A stretch of DNA of 63,357 nt, filler included, from Octopus bimaculoides (GCF_001194135.2; 7 parts of 7 records of this genome joined end to end with filler, not necessarily neighbours in it); one strand, 5' to 3'. Shown: positions 1 through 14,150, counted from the whole stretch's first letter. Numbers and translations are program-made. The notes: generated by a model from the sequence alone, not told the origin.

Positions 1-1282
1 TGTGATGTGACGAACTGGAAGGAAGAGAGAAGAAGAAAGTTCGTGCGAGCTTGGCAATGGCCAAGATAGGAAAGGAAGAAGTAGCCGGACACGTAAGGAG
101 AAAGAGTGGCGGAGGGAGAAAAAAGGGAAGGAAGTAGAATGGAGGTGAGCAACGAGAGACAAGGAGGAAGAGAGAGAAAGAGAGGCGAAGAACAACAGAA
201 GATAGAACGAAAGGGAGAGACAGATACAAAGATAGATAGAGTCGCGTCAGAAATATAAAGTTAAAACTTACTTGCAAAGATGACGCGTGCGTTCGATCAT
301 GTAATAATACAAATAATATGTGAGTATATGCATATATACGTACATGTATGTACATATACTTGCTTGGAAATGGATGCGTGGCGTTCAATCAAATAATAAT
401 GCAAATAATATATATATGCATATATATTATTTATATTATATTATATTATATTATATTATATATATATATATATACTTATAGGGAAATTTAAAATCTAAAA
501 CACCAAACCCGTATATGAAATGGGAATAGAAATGCAAGCAAGAATTCAATAATTAAAAATTAGTACATTCATGTCTAATTCAAATGAACAATAAATTTTA
601 ATCTTGAATAAAGATGCGCTTCCATTCTGAATAATATTTTATGTAATTATTACTCTTTTATCTGCCAACATATTTTCTATCTTTGAGTTATTCTCGCGCA
701 ATTATTAATCACCCCTATGTCTCTCTCCCCTCNNNNNNNNNNNNNNNNNNNNNNNNNNNNNNNNNNNNNNNNNNNNNNNNNNNNNNNNNNNNNNNNNNNN
801 NNNNNNNNNNNNNNNNNNNNNNNNNNNNNNNNNNNNNNNNNNNNNNNNNNNNNNNNNNNNNNNNNNNNNNNNNNNNNNNNNNNNNNNNNNNNNNNNNNNN
901 NNNNNNNNNNNNNNNNNNNNNNNNNNNNNNNNNNNNNNNNNNNNNNNNNNNNNNNNNNNNNNNNNNNNNNNNNNNNNNNNNNNNNNNNNNNNNNNNNNNN
1001 NNNNNNNNNNNNNNNNNNNNNNNNNNNNNNNNNNNNNNNNNNNNNNNNNNNNNNNNNNNNNNNNNNNNNNNNNNNNNNNNNNNNNNNNNNNNNNNNNNNN
1101 NNNNNNNNNNNNNNNNNNNNNNNNNNNNNNNNNNNNNNNNNNNNNNNNNNNNNNNNNNNNNNNNNNNNNNNNNNNNNNNNNNNNNNNNNNNNNNNNNNNN
1201 NNNNNNNNNNNNNNNNNNNNNNNNNNNNNNNNNNNNNNNNNNNNNNNNNNNNNNNNNNNNNNNNNNNNNNNNNNNNNNNNNN

Positions 1283-1600
1283 ATACTGCAGCAGCCTCGG
1301 TTTCAGAGGACCTCAGCTCTTCAATGCCCTGCCAAAACATTTGAGAGACATGCAAGACATGGATACGGAGGTCTTCAAGACAAAACTTGACACTTTCCTC
1401 TCCACGGTACCAGATGAACCAATGGCTCGTAATGAGACGCAGTTTAGGGCAGCAATGTCAAATTCTCTTATACACCAGATGTGCCATCAAAACTCTTGAT
1501 TGGACCATGTCAGGTGGGGGAGAAGAGCCATGCGAGGAACGTGAAAATCACGGTGGTGCACCAGCATGACCGCAGCCACTTGGCTGAAACACATAAAGAA
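1283..1600 (+). mobile_element. 3' end of a non-LTR retrotransposon (LINE ORF2 C-terminus plus 3' UTR)
   Basis: Frame reads YCSSLGFRGPQLFNALPKHLRDM...VFKTKLDTFLSTVPDEP...RAAMSNSLIHQM*, the LFNxLP...FKxKLDxFL motif typical of LINE ORF2 C-termini. Followed by a tail with a CAGCCA-CT-TGGCTG hairpin (1573-1586) and an A-rich end. Clade not assigned. Confidence 0.8.
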
Positions 1601-2344
1601 AATAAATATATTTATATAAATACATACGTATATGTATGAAATATATATATGATTTTATATGTATATGTTTATATTTATACAGTCAGAGATGCATATTTAC
1701 AAGCATATCCACTTATAAATATGTATATATATAACGTATATATTATACATGCGTATGTATATATATATATATGTGTGTGTATATATATGTGTATATATAT
1801 AAGTGTGTGTGTGTGCGTGCGTATGTGTGTATGTGTGTGCGTGCGTGCGTGTGTATGTGCGTGTGCGTGTGTAGGTGCGTGTGTGTGTGTGTGTGTGTGG
1901 TTGTGCATGTATGAATACATATGTTAGTATGTATGTGTATTTCTAAACATGCAAGTGCACTTGCACTTGGGAATTTTGTGAGGATGATAGCTGTATCCGA
2001 AAGCGTCTATGTCTTCACACAGTTTATACGAGCACATAAACCTGCGTATGTTTCTTCGGCGTTTTAAGTGCTTGCATTGTATATCTATACTTCACCTACA
2101 TAAAGCTTCTAATGAACATACCACTGGTATTTGTAGTCATGGGAGCAGTCAACAAAAAAAAGGGGTATGCATTGAGTGAAAGTGTTTCCGAGAACGAATC
2201 GCTCTTCCTGGTCACCTTTTCCCTGCTAAACCATTATCTTTCAAAGAACCGATTCTCTCGTAAAAATTCCCATTCAGGCTTAGATCATGTCTTAACAACT
2301 AACAAGACAATTATCAAATCTGATTTTTCCTCTGTCTGCCAGTC

Positions 2345-2405
<61 letters not shown>

Positions 2406-2921
2406 NNNNNNNNNNNNNNNNNNNNNNNNNNNNNNNNNNNNNNNNNNNNNNNNNNNNNNNNNNNNNNNNNNNNNNNNNNNNNNNNNNNNNNNNNNNNNNN
2501 NNNNNNNNNNNNNNNNNNNNNNNNNNNNNNNNNNNNNNNNNNNNNNNNNNNNNNNNNNNNNNNNNNNNNNNNNNNNNNNNNNNNNNNNNNNNNNNNNNNN
2601 NNNNNNNNNNNNNNNNNNNNNNNNNNNNNNNNNNNNNNNNNNNNNNNNNNNNNNNNNNNNNNNNNNNNNNNNNNNNNNNNNNNNNNNNNNNNNNNNNNNN
2701 NNNNNNNNNNNNNNNNNNNNNNNNNNNNNNNNNNNNNNNNNNNNNNNNNNNNNNNNNNNNNNNNNNNNNNNNNNNNNNNNNNNNNNNNNNNNNNNNNNNN
2801 NNNNNNNNNNNNNNNNNNNNNNNNNNNNNNNNNNNNNNNNNNNNNNNNNNNNNNNNNNNNNNNNNNNNNNNNNNNNNNNNNNNNNNNNNNNNNNNNNNNN
2901 NNNNNNNNNNNNNNNNNNNNN

Positions 2922-3070
2922 ATTAAGAAATCTACACAATATGGGTGTTGGTGTCTTCGAAAGAAAACAGGACATAAATTTGTCCACGATACCAGATGTA
3001 CCAAATGACCAGCATGAAGTACAGATACGGGCAACAGTGTCTATCTCCCTCAAACACCAAATGGGCCAAC
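2922..3070 (+). mobile_element. Second, more decayed LINE ORF2 C-terminal fragment
   Basis: VGVFERKQDINLSTIPDVPNDQHEVQIRATVSISLKHQM aligns by eye with VFKTKLDTFLSTVPDEPMARNETQFRAAMSNSLIHQM at 1370-1485. Confidence 0.65.
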
Positions 3071-4436
3071 AGCTTGGGGGGAAAAGCACGGCACCATGTG
3101 TAGGTGTCTTCTACCATAGATCCGAGACGAGCAATGTCTTGCGGGTCAATTTGAAAGAAGATTTGTTAGAAGGCGTGTCTCCGTTTGTGTACGTAACTGA
3201 CTGCGTGCGCGCGCACGTGTGTGTGCGTATGTGTGTCTTTGTGTTTGTTCCTTCCCAACGCCGCTTCACAACTTTGTTGCCTTGTTTAGGTTCCAGTAAC
3301 GCAGTGGTTCGATATAAGACATCAGCAGAATCAGGACCAGAGTTGAAAAAGTTGAGTGAAGGAGTCGATTCGTTCAATTAAACTCGTTAAGCGGTACTCG
3401 AGAATGGCTGTAGTCCAATGAGCGAAACTTTAAAAAAAAAATATAAAGACAGAAAAAAAAAAGGCATCCAACTTTAGAGTATCCAAAATGAAGAATTCAG
3501 CACCAGTATGATGGTACCTAAACAGGGGCTAAGATTCCAAGAGATTTTCTACTGTTTTGTCATAACAAATAACAATTCATTTATTTGTTTATAAAGAGAT
3601 ACATTACCGCTCAATCACATACGTTGAGACATAGAGAAAAACAGGCGCATACGCACACACACATAAACACACACACATATACACACACACAGAGGTGCAA
3701 ACATGCGCGCTCTTATACACACACATATGCAAGTGCACACGCATATAGGCACACACAGACATACACACAGAGGGGTACAAACATGCACGTTCATACATAC
3801 AGACGTATATACACACACACAGGGACACAAACATGCAGACACACACACTCACAAACACACTGACATACGCATACACACATGCGTGCACACACACAGATAT
3901 ACACACACACAAACGCACACACACACACACGCACAAACACACACACACGCACACACAACGACACACGTATACATGCACTCCCCTTCAATAAGTCTTTTTG
4001 CACAACTCTCCGTGTCTGTCTCACTCACTCAATCACGCTGTCTCTTCCCATACTCGCACTCTCTCTCTCACTCTCCCGTCCTAGCTCTTCTTGTTATGGC
4101 CCTCCCATTATCGAATGTAAGTTTGTGTCCGTGTGTCAGTATGCTTTTCTCTCATGCAGTGAGTTGTTTAGTCCACCTTAGCCAGTCAGCTGTCCATTTA
4201 AATTCTAACAGGATATGCACTCGCACGCACCGCACACGCACTTAAACACAGATACTACACATGTACACTTAATGGTATCGCATGTATCCATGTATTCTGG
4301 ACACACATACGCAGACACGCAGGCACGCACACAAAAACACACACATATATACATAAATATATATACATCCACACACAAACACACACAGATATACTTACAT
4401 ACATAGATATACATACATATACACACACACACACAC

Positions 4437-4467
<31 letters not shown>

Positions 4468-4959
4468 AGCAATGTTAATTCTCTAAATGAAGTATTAACA
4501 GTAACTGCACGATAAAGTGTAGTATATTGCCACTTAAGTGTGGCTGACCCCTAGGGGTGGATGTTACTGTTGCTTTTAGCCCCAGGAGGACATCTCCTCC
4601 AGCTGGCTTATCGACACACGNNNNNNNNNNNNNNNNNNNNNNNNNNNNNNNNNNNNNNNNNNNNNNNNNNNNNNNNNNNNNNNNNNNNNNNNNNNNNNNN
4701 NNNNNNNNNNNNNNNNNNNNNNNNNNNNNNNNNNNNNNNNNNNNNNNNNNNNNNNNNNNNNNNNNNNNNNNNNNNNNNNNNNNNNNNNNNNNNNNNNNNN
4801 NNNNNNNNNNNNNNNNNNNNNNNNNNNNNNNNNNNNNNNNNNNNNNNNNNNNNNNNNNNNNNNNNNNNNNNNNNNNNNNNNNNNNNNNNNNNNNNNNNNN
4901 NNNNNNNNNNNNNNNNNNNNNNNNNNNNNNNNNNNNNNNNNNNNNNNNNNNNNNNNNNN

Positions 4960-5007
<48 letters not shown>

Positions 5008-5055
5008 CACACAGAGTCACATACATACATACATACATACATACTTACGTACGCT

Positions 5056-5400
5056 TAGGGTGTTCCGCCTAAGTTTGACAGTTTGCATAAAAAGAAAAAC
5101 AAAAACAAAATACCCCTTCGAAAAATAAAAGTAATTTTAAAAATCAAATGGTATCAAATAAATTATGGCTAGGTGATAGTAGTTTACGGAAAGTTACCGC
5201 CCCCAGCTTCTACCACAGCCACAAGAGGGCTCCAGAATCAGGTGCATGCTGTTCTCGCTCTTTTTCCGAGATCTTCGAACTCTTCCTTAGTCTTGGCCAC
5301 CAACTCGGCCTTGGTGTTGCTGGCAGAGCAGTTGATGTCTTTCTCAATCACACCCAACACATAATATTCCATAGGATTAGAATTTGGGAATCATGGTATT
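5056..5400 (-). mobile_element. Tc1/mariner (maT-like) transposase C-terminal relic and right end
   Basis: Minus strand reads NSNPMEYYVLGVIEKDINCSASNTKAELVAKTKEEFEDL...ACT*FWSPLVAVVEAGGGNFP*, homologous to the copy at 58830-59607. Contains an internal stop. Confidence 0.65.
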
Positions 5401-5532
5401 AGTGATTGGGGCTGGTAAAGTAAACATTCTTCGACAATCACTTCTGACACTTTCTGAAGCTATGACAAGGAGTCGAATACTGCTATTACACTTATGAGCT
5501 TCTAGAAACAAACCTCTCCAACTAAGGCTTGA

Positions 5533-5922
5533 CTCTTTTACTTGTTTCTGTCATTTGACTGTGGTCATGCTGGAGCACCGCCTTTAGTCGAGCAAATCGA
5601 CCCCAGGACTTATTCTTTGGAAGCCTAGTACTTATTCTATCGTTCACTTTTTGCCGAGCCGCTAAGTTACGGGGACGTAAACACATCAGCATCGGTTGTC
5701 AAGCAATGTTGGGGGACAAACACAGACACACAAACACATACATACACATACATATATACGACGGGCTTCTTTCAGTTTCCGTCTACCAAATCCACTCACA
5801 AGGCTTTGGTTGGCCCGAGGCTATAGTAGAAGACACTTGCCCAAGGTTCCACGCAGTGGGACTGAACCCGGAACCATGTGGTTTGTAAGAAAGCTACTTA
5901 CCACACAGCCACTCCTACGCCT
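5533..5922 (-). mobile_element. Full-length tRNA-headed SINE (called family S1 here)
   Basis: Minus strand starts aggcgtaggagtggctgtgtggtaag (A-box-like) then ggttcagtcc (B-box-like), a CORE-like ccttgggcaagtgtctt, an internal (CA/TA) tract, and ends with tail ggtgctccagcatgaccacagtcaaatgacagaaacaagtaaaagag. More than 10 full or partial copies in the window. Confidence 0.9.
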
Positions 5923-6815
5923 TGACAACAATTTCTAGCGACTTCATATAACCGTCTGAATTGAGCCTAAGACCCTGTTCTGAAATGTTGGGCGGCATTG
6001 GAGACACATCCAAATACCATTATATTTTGGGGGAACTCAGTCCCAGGCTTTACAGTGTACAGAGAACATTGAACAGACATAATGTCGACCACTAATGATA
6101 ATTTGATAAAAGTTGATTTATAATAATTGGATGGAAGTCATATTTTCTATTTCCTATGATTGCAGAATTTTATTAATATTATTAAAGCAATTGTAGTGAT
6201 ATTTTCATTTCGAGCAATTCACAATAAATACGTGAGTTAGCGAATAACCGAACGATGAATGCAAAACAAATGCGACAAAAATTAACTGTGTTTATCAACA
6301 GATTAGTTGAAAAGCATCTAAAGAAAGAAAATATTCATTGCTATTTAATACCCTGTATTTCAGAGTATTTCATTTCCTCCAACTCCTTTTACTCCCTCCT
6401 CCTCATTCCTGCTCCTCATATTGCCTCATATTTTTTCCTTGCCCGTACGATTCTTCCACTTCTACTGTGTCTATAAGGTTCATATACACATTGCCTACAA
6501 ACAAGCCTAACATGTGTACTCATCGAGCACCTTTTCTGTTAAGTCTCTATCCTGCTTTTAATTTCCCTCTTTCTATATGATATAAAGAGTGACTGGAGAA
6601 ATCAACCAACCAACCAAATATTTATATTCACTTTTGGGGTATGTATACATATACACTAACACATGCACATACACAAGCATACATACATACACTGGTAGGT
6701 ACGTTAGCACTCGCACGGACACAAATAGTAGATAGATGAACACGTAGATGTTGATTTGTAGTTAAATAGTTAGATGATTTGTGAGTATATCTACTTATTT
6801 ACATCAGAATATATA

Positions 6816-7213
6816 CTCTTACTCTTTTACTTGTTTCAGTCGTCTGACTATGGCCATGCTGGAGCACCGCCTTTAGTCGAGCAAATCGACCCCAGGACTT
6901 ATTTTTTGCAAGCCTAGTATTTATTCTATGGGCCTGTTTTGCTGAACTGCTAGATGACGGGGACGTAAACACACCAGCATCGGTTGTCAAGCAATGCTAG
7001 GAGGACAAACACAGACACACAGAGATACACTCACACACCCACATATATACGACGGGCTTCTTTCGGTTTCCGTCTACCAAATCCACTCACAAGGCTTTGG
7101 TCGGCCCGAGGCTATAGTAGAAGACACTTGCCCAAGATGCCACACAGTGGGACCGAACCCGGAACCATATGGTTGGTAAGCAAGCTACTTACCACACAGC
7201 CACTCCTGCGCCT
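6816..7213 (-). mobile_element. Full-length S1 SINE
   Basis: Colinear with 5533-5922 over its whole length. Confidence 0.9.
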
Positions 7214-7934
7214 ATGTCAAAAATTTTCATTGTTTATCACGATTTCATTCCTTTTCTACCTTCTACCCTTACTGTCCTCTAGAAATAGCAGACAAACTTA
7301 CACATATCGTTCGCTTAAACCAGTAGAGGGCCTGTTGTGTTAGAGAAAGTGTACCAAAATAATAACCAATATCGCTCTTGTTTACGTCCTTAACTTAGGA
7401 ATAATTAGCAAATGTTAATATGTAATTAAACTAATCTCCTATATTCCCGTTACATTAACTATAAAAATGTGCCACGTATATTTTTTTTTGTGTTTACAAA
7501 ATGAGGAATGCAAGCAATAATACAAAAATACGATGAAGTATATTTGTATTTATATAAACGTACACACTCACACATACGCACACGTAACACCGCACGCGCA
7601 CACGTACACACACACGCACACATGTTTTACGTATACATGCATGCGTATGTTTGTTTAGGTATATATGAGTTTCTTGTGTGCACTGCTGCAATCGTCTGCC
7701 AGCGGGTGCGCTGGCTTAAAGATTAATCAGTTGAATTCTTGAACATTTGTTTAAGAACTCCCCAAAGACTATCAGTAATTTTGCCCAAAGGAACTGGGGA
7801 TTATTATTTTTTTTTTTTACGGTGATAGATTGAGAGACTTCAACTCAGAACTTACAGAGCCGAAACATATATGGCAAGGCATTTTATCCCACGCTCCAAC
7901 ATCTCTGCCAATTTGGCGCCATAATATGTGTTTG

Positions 7935-8007
<73 letters not shown>

Positions 8008-8605
8008 CGTGCGTGCGCGCAACGAATGATCAAGAAGTTCGCTTCGCAACCATGCGATCTCATGCTCAATCTCATTCAGTAGCATGTTGGACAAATATCA
8101 TTTTCAATGACCTACAGTTTGTAATTGAAATTAGATATGCGGAAACTGTATAGAAGCTCTTTAATTAGAGACGTAGTGCCTTGTCAAATGCTGAGNNNNN
8201 NNNNNNNNNNNNNNNNNNNNNNNNNNNNNNNNNNNNNNNNNNNNNNNNNNNNNNNNNNNNNNNNNNNNNNNNNNNNNNNNNNNNNNNNNNNNNNNNNNNN
8301 NNNNNNNNNNNNNNNNNNNNNNNNNNNNNNNNNNNNNNNNNNNNNNNNNNNNNNNNNNNNNNNNNNNNNNNNNNNNNNNNNNNNNNNNNNNNNNNNNNNN
8401 NNNNNNNNNNNNNNNNNNNNNNNNNNNNNNNNNNNNNNNNNNNNNNAAACTGTATAGAAGCTCTTTAATTAGAGACGTAGTGCCTTGTCAAATGCTGAGA
8501 CAGAGAGAGAGAGAGATACATACATACATACATACATACACAGAATGACAGATAAACAGACAAGCAGCCAGCTAGACAGACTGACAGACAGACATACATA
8601 CATGC

Positions 8606-8672
<67 letters not shown>

Positions 8673-8910
8673 GAGATAAACAATATAAGAGAGAGGGGTG
8701 AGAGAAATGGAGAATGGTGAATATACAGGAAGTGATTGCGAAGACGCAGAGATCGAAAAGGAAGAGAGAAGAGTGAACCAGGTTGGTTCAATGGTTACCG
8801 AAAACACGTCTGTCCGATTAAACTTTAACAAAGATGAGTAGATGTGAATTGTACGTAAACGGATATGTATGATAATTAGGAGAATTACTTAGTAATAGTA
8901 GTATTAGTAT

Positions 8911-8958
<48 letters not shown>

Positions 8959-10069
8959 CAGCAGCAGCAGTAGCAGCAACAACAGCAGCGCGAGGGAGTC
9001 GACAACAGCAGCATTTAAATGTATTACAGGTGATAGTAATCATGGTAGTATTTGCAGTGGTGTTGTGATGGCGCTGGTACATGCGTGTGTGTGTGCGTGT
9101 GTGTGTGTGTGCGTGTGTGTGTGCGCGCGCGTGTGTGTGTGTGTGTGAATGCTGAAGAGCAAAGGACTAGTCGTAGGGACTTATACACATGACTTGTTAT
9201 TTTTAGCAGCAGCAGTAGTAGTCTCTAACCTGCGGACTGAGTGCTTGTGCACTTCCTTATAATGTATGTATGTATGTATGTATGTATGTATGCATGTATC
9301 TATCTATCTATCTATCTATCTATCTGTATGTATGTATGTATGTAAGTATGAAGGTGTGTGTGTGTGTGTATGTATGTATGTAGGTGTGTGTGTGTGTGTG
9401 TAAGTATGGAAAGCAACATTAATCTGCTTAAGCGTTTGCAGCTGTCTCACAGGTGTTGCCTGGATTCCCCAAATGCACCAAATAGACTTGGACAAACCGT
9501 AGCAGGATCATCAAGATCGTACTTTGACACATTTTTCATTAGATTAACTGATAAGGATTTGTGCAAACTCTAGGAACGAAATGCATATTTCTGAACATGG
9601 GAAGATTTGAGAAAACAGATTAACGAATTAGATAAACGGGAATTGACGAATGCAGTTATTAATTACAGGCCGTGGGTTTCATTAGAAAAGGAAATTAACG
9701 AATTAGTTTTAGTAAAGATGCAGCTAGAAAGAGACCTCTTAGTTGGAGAAGGCGCTATCCGATCGGTTGCGGAGAAATGACCCTTGTTTACTTCTTCGAC
9801 AAGAAGCGCGAACGATACGTTGAGCGAGCTAGAAAACATGCTCAGTTAAACAACGGAGCGAACGTCCAGTACATGAGTGAGGGTAGCGGAGATGCAACGT
9901 GGTAACAGATCCACGCTTTCATTTTCTTGGCTTGTCCGCAGTAAGGATACGTAAACTGGCTCCAAGCAAATGTTTGTGAACTTTTCGCTGCACTTCGCCG
10001 AGCATTTCACGAGGAATGATGCATTGCAGATAGTGGATTTTCGTGCTTAACTAGATGGTCCGCTGCGAC

Positions 10070-10540
10070 ACTCAGCCGAAAGTGCAGAGTGCTTTTGTAA
10101 CAGATTCCAGCTTATGAATGAATGGGATTAGTAGACGAATCTGAGATGGACAAATGGGCAAGACTGAATTATCTGCACTTAAAATTCTATTGTTACATGA
10201 TACGCTACTCTCCTTTCTACCTTCTCGGGTAGGGTCACCAATCATCGTGTAAGCCGAAGATAAATGATGCCGGGGGCACGAACTAGTGGAACGTAAGAGA
10301 AAGCATAAGCTGATAATGTTACTGCACATAAAGATTTTCGAAAACGTTAAACGAGTCGGCTTTTGTAATTAGCGGTTTAGTCGGAGACGCACAAATCTGT
10401 ACAGTGACTAGCAGATCTATCTGTGATAGCTTTAACTTTATACTACGTATTGCAGAGCGAGTGGGTCAGCTGGAAATATGATTTCGTAGGTATTCCTGGT
10501 CGATTTAGATCAACTTCAGGCGTAAGATTCTTTTTACCTG
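10070..10540 (+). pseudogene. Possible highly decayed reverse transcriptase relic
   Basis: LHDTLLSFLPSRVGSPIIV*AED resembles the IIVYADD catalytic motif; a downstream YDFVGI resembles YxYLGV. Several stops and frameshifts needed, so weak. Confidence 0.3.
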
Positions 10541-11357
10541 CCCGTTGTCTTAAAAGCAGTCAGTGTCAGAGCCCTCTTTGAAAGGCTGGATTCCTTTAAT
10601 TGTGTAGCAGCTTTTATTCGTTGATCATAACAGATGACCATTTGTTGGAATTGTTTCACAGAATACTCTCTGACCAGACTGATGGATGCATACATTTCGG
10701 AGTTAAGATCACTAATGGGTGGTTCACAGTAAATATAATACGGACTAAAAGCACTGAGCAGTGTTGTGTATAACCAGTCTAATTAGAGAGCGCTGTCTAC
10801 AGCGACAAATTTCCCCTGTGACAAAATATAGTGAATAGTTTTCTTACAGGTTCGAATATGGTTCAAGCATACATGAAATGATATCAAGTTTGTATTCATA
10901 CATACAACTGTTTAACGCTTTTACTCCGTATTTTATTTACGGTGAGCTACCGATTAGCGCAACCAGTCATAATATAATAACGGGAATAGTAAAAGAGACC
11001 AGTCTCTCATATCACTTCGCAGCGTCTACCTTTCCGGTGTATAGTACTTAGAAGGCGATAACAACTCTGAAATGGGGAACTTGTTACCTATTAACTGGGT
11101 AAGAAAACGCGTCTAGTGACTTGGTGTGTTCACACCTATCAGTTCATAACCAGGCGGATCTTTCTTGACAAAATACAGTAACTAATCTATTCGGTAGCCT
11201 GATGAGTTGCGGAGTTTGTAACATTTACGCAATCTAATTGTATTATGCGTATGTAATGGATAACGACCTCTACTGAAACAATTGTAACAAGATCAGACAA
11301 TTCATTTGTCTGTATTTCTCAAAAATTATGTGTACATGTATATGTGTGGATCTATCC

Positions 11358-11407
<50 letters not shown>

Positions 11408-11607
11408 ATGTCTGTCTGTCTGTCTGTCTGTCTGTCTACTGCTCTATCCGTTTGTCTGTATGTATGTACATATTTATGTATATGTATGTATTATGTATGC
11501 ATGTATGTATGCATGCATGTATATATATATATATAACATTGATATCAATGTTTTTGTCTGTGTGGTGTGTGTTTCCGTTGTGTATGTATTTGTGTATATA
11601 ACTATGT

Positions 11608-11715
<108 letters not shown>

Positions 11716-11722
11716 GAGAGAG

Positions 11723-11759
<37 letters not shown>

Positions 11760-13855
11760 AAGAAGGAAAGAGAACACGTTTGTACGATATTTTAAGGCTG
11801 TGATGTGACTCTCCTATACGGCAAAATTAAGTCTAGGCGTCACGACACATTGATCAACGAATGCAAGCAGGATAGAAAGAAGACAAGATATAACAATAGA
11901 AGATACATTACAAAAGCAAATTAACTACATTCCAATTATCAATAGCTACACATGAACACGCGCGCACACAAACACAGATTTTTCGCAAACATTCACATGC
12001 GCACATTTACAGAAAGTAAACTTTTACATAAAATTGAATAAACAAGATTTTTTTCCTATTTATCAGGATAGTGTGTTTCTAATTCCCTCATTTTCCGTTA
12101 TTTATTTCTTCATACATTTATTCAATTATACATTGAAATACATTAGAGTAAAGACGCATGAAAATAAGCAAGGTGGCTTTGGTAAAACAAAGCTACGTAA
12201 ACACTGTCCATTACACACACACACACACGTACGCACAACCACAGACACACACACATGCACACACACACACACACGCACATACACACACACACGTATTATC
12301 ACACACATATTTACGGATTTCAAGCGGACTGGTCTCCTTACGAGTAAACAGTCCCGCGCTGGGAGGGAACTCAAATGTATTCATCAATTGTCGATGTAAT
12401 AAGCACATCTACCTATAAGTGTGTTTGTGTATATATATGTATCTAAACTCAGTTGCAATTCCCTAAATAGGCTTAACTATATGTACATGTATACACACAC
12501 ATACATATGTATGCGTACATATATGTATGTATGTATGAATATATATATACATATCTATATGCATGTATGTGTATGTATATATATATGTATATAAATATAT
12601 GCATAAATATAATTATAACTCCCTATGNNNNNNNNNNNNNNNNNNNNNNNNNNNNNNNNNNNNNNNNNNNNNNNNNNNNNNNNNNNNNNNNNNNNNNNNN
12701 NNNNNNNNNNNNNNNNNNNNNNNNNNNNNNNNNNNNNNNNNNNNNNNNNNNNNNNNNNNNNNNNNNNNNNNNNNNNNNNNNNNNNNNNNNNNNNNNNNNN
12801 NNNNNNNNNNNNNNNNNNNNNNNNNNNNNNNNNNNNNNNNNNNNNNNNNNNNNNNNNNNNNNNNNNNNNNNNNNNNNNNNNNNNNNNNNNNNNNNNNNNN
12901 NNNNNNNNNNNNNNNNNNNNNNNNNNNNNNNNNNNNNNNNNNNNNNNNNNNNNNNNNNNNNNNNNNNNNNNNNNNNNNNNNNNNNNNNNNNNNNNNNNNN
13001 NNNNNNNNNNNNNNNNNNNNNNNNNNNNNNNNNNNNNNNNNNNNNNNNNNNNNNNNNNNNNNNNNNNNNNNNNNNNNNNNNNNNNNNNNNNNNNNNNNNN
13101 NNNNNNNNNNNNNNNNNNNNNNNNNNNNNNNNNNNNNNNNNNNNNNNNNNNNNNNNNNNNNNNNNNNNNNNNNNNNNNNNNNNNNNNNNNNNNNNNNNNN
13201 NNNNNNNNNNNNNNNNNNNNNNNNNNNNNNNNNNNNNNNNNNNNNNNTAATACTACATGCAGCTATATCAAAATATATTCTCACGCATATAAATAGCTAT
13301 GCTATGTGTGTACATTTGTAATATATATATATATATGCATAGGGAAATGCTTATATATTTCCGTATGTTTATATATATGTATATAAATATATGCATAAAT
13401 ATAATTATAACTCCCTATGTTTGTATGTATATGTATATTTATGTATGTTTAACTATTTATCTATTTATCTGTCTAGGTGTGTGACTCTGAATATTACGTT
13501 ATCAACATTGAGCGTTCCTCTCATACATGCGCTTAGTGCATAAAAGCACACACATTTATCATAGCAGACGAAACTTGTTATGGCATGGGAACTATGTCGG
13601 AAGTGGTGGGTTACCGATCTTAATTATCTCCGTGGATTAAGCTATTCTGCTGCGGCCACGTTAAGTACCACTCATTTGGCATACTCAGTTGCACCGATCA
13701 CTGTATCTATTACGATCGAACTCTGAGACGTGATTGAACTGAGAAGCTAAAATATGTTTACAAGCAGCTAAATTTACTTACATAGTATTCCGTCAGCCAT
13801 CAACAACAGTAATTAAATATTCTTATTTACCATTGTTAATGGCGTTCCCTGTGAA

Positions 13856-14150
13856 GGCGCGTGGTTTACTGGTTAGGGAATTCGGCTCATGATCGCAAGG
13901 TTATGAGTTCAATATCCGGCAACGCGTTTTGTCCTTAAGCAAGACACTTCCTTTCTCGTTGCTCCAGTCCACTCAGCTAGCAAAAATGAGTAGTACCTGT
14001 ATTTTAAAACGCCGGCCTTGTCACACGCTGTGTCACGTCGAATCTCCCTAGAGTTACTTAAGGGGAAACGTGTCTATGGATTTCTCAGCCACATGCACGT
14101 TAATTTTACGAGCTGGCTGTTTCTTGATCGGATCACATTGAACTCTCAAT
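13856..14150 (+). mobile_element. tRNA-headed SINE (head/central module A, 3' body X)
   Basis: ggcgcgtggtttactggttagg...gagttcaatatcc head, central gtccttaagcaagacactt...gttgctccagtccactcagct, and a 3' body homologous to the reverse complement of 44710-44890. Confidence 0.75.

Noticed and set aside
8136-8500. Identical sequence on both sides of gaps (8136-8195/8447-8500; 12560-12627/13370-13398; 50864-51035/51825-52030)
   Set aside because: Best explained as overlapping contig ends left unmerged, not real direct repeats or LTRs.
11199-11240. CTGATGA followed by a gttgcg/cgcaat stem
   Set aside because: The GAAA half of the hammerhead core is absent (CTAA); at best a dead relic.
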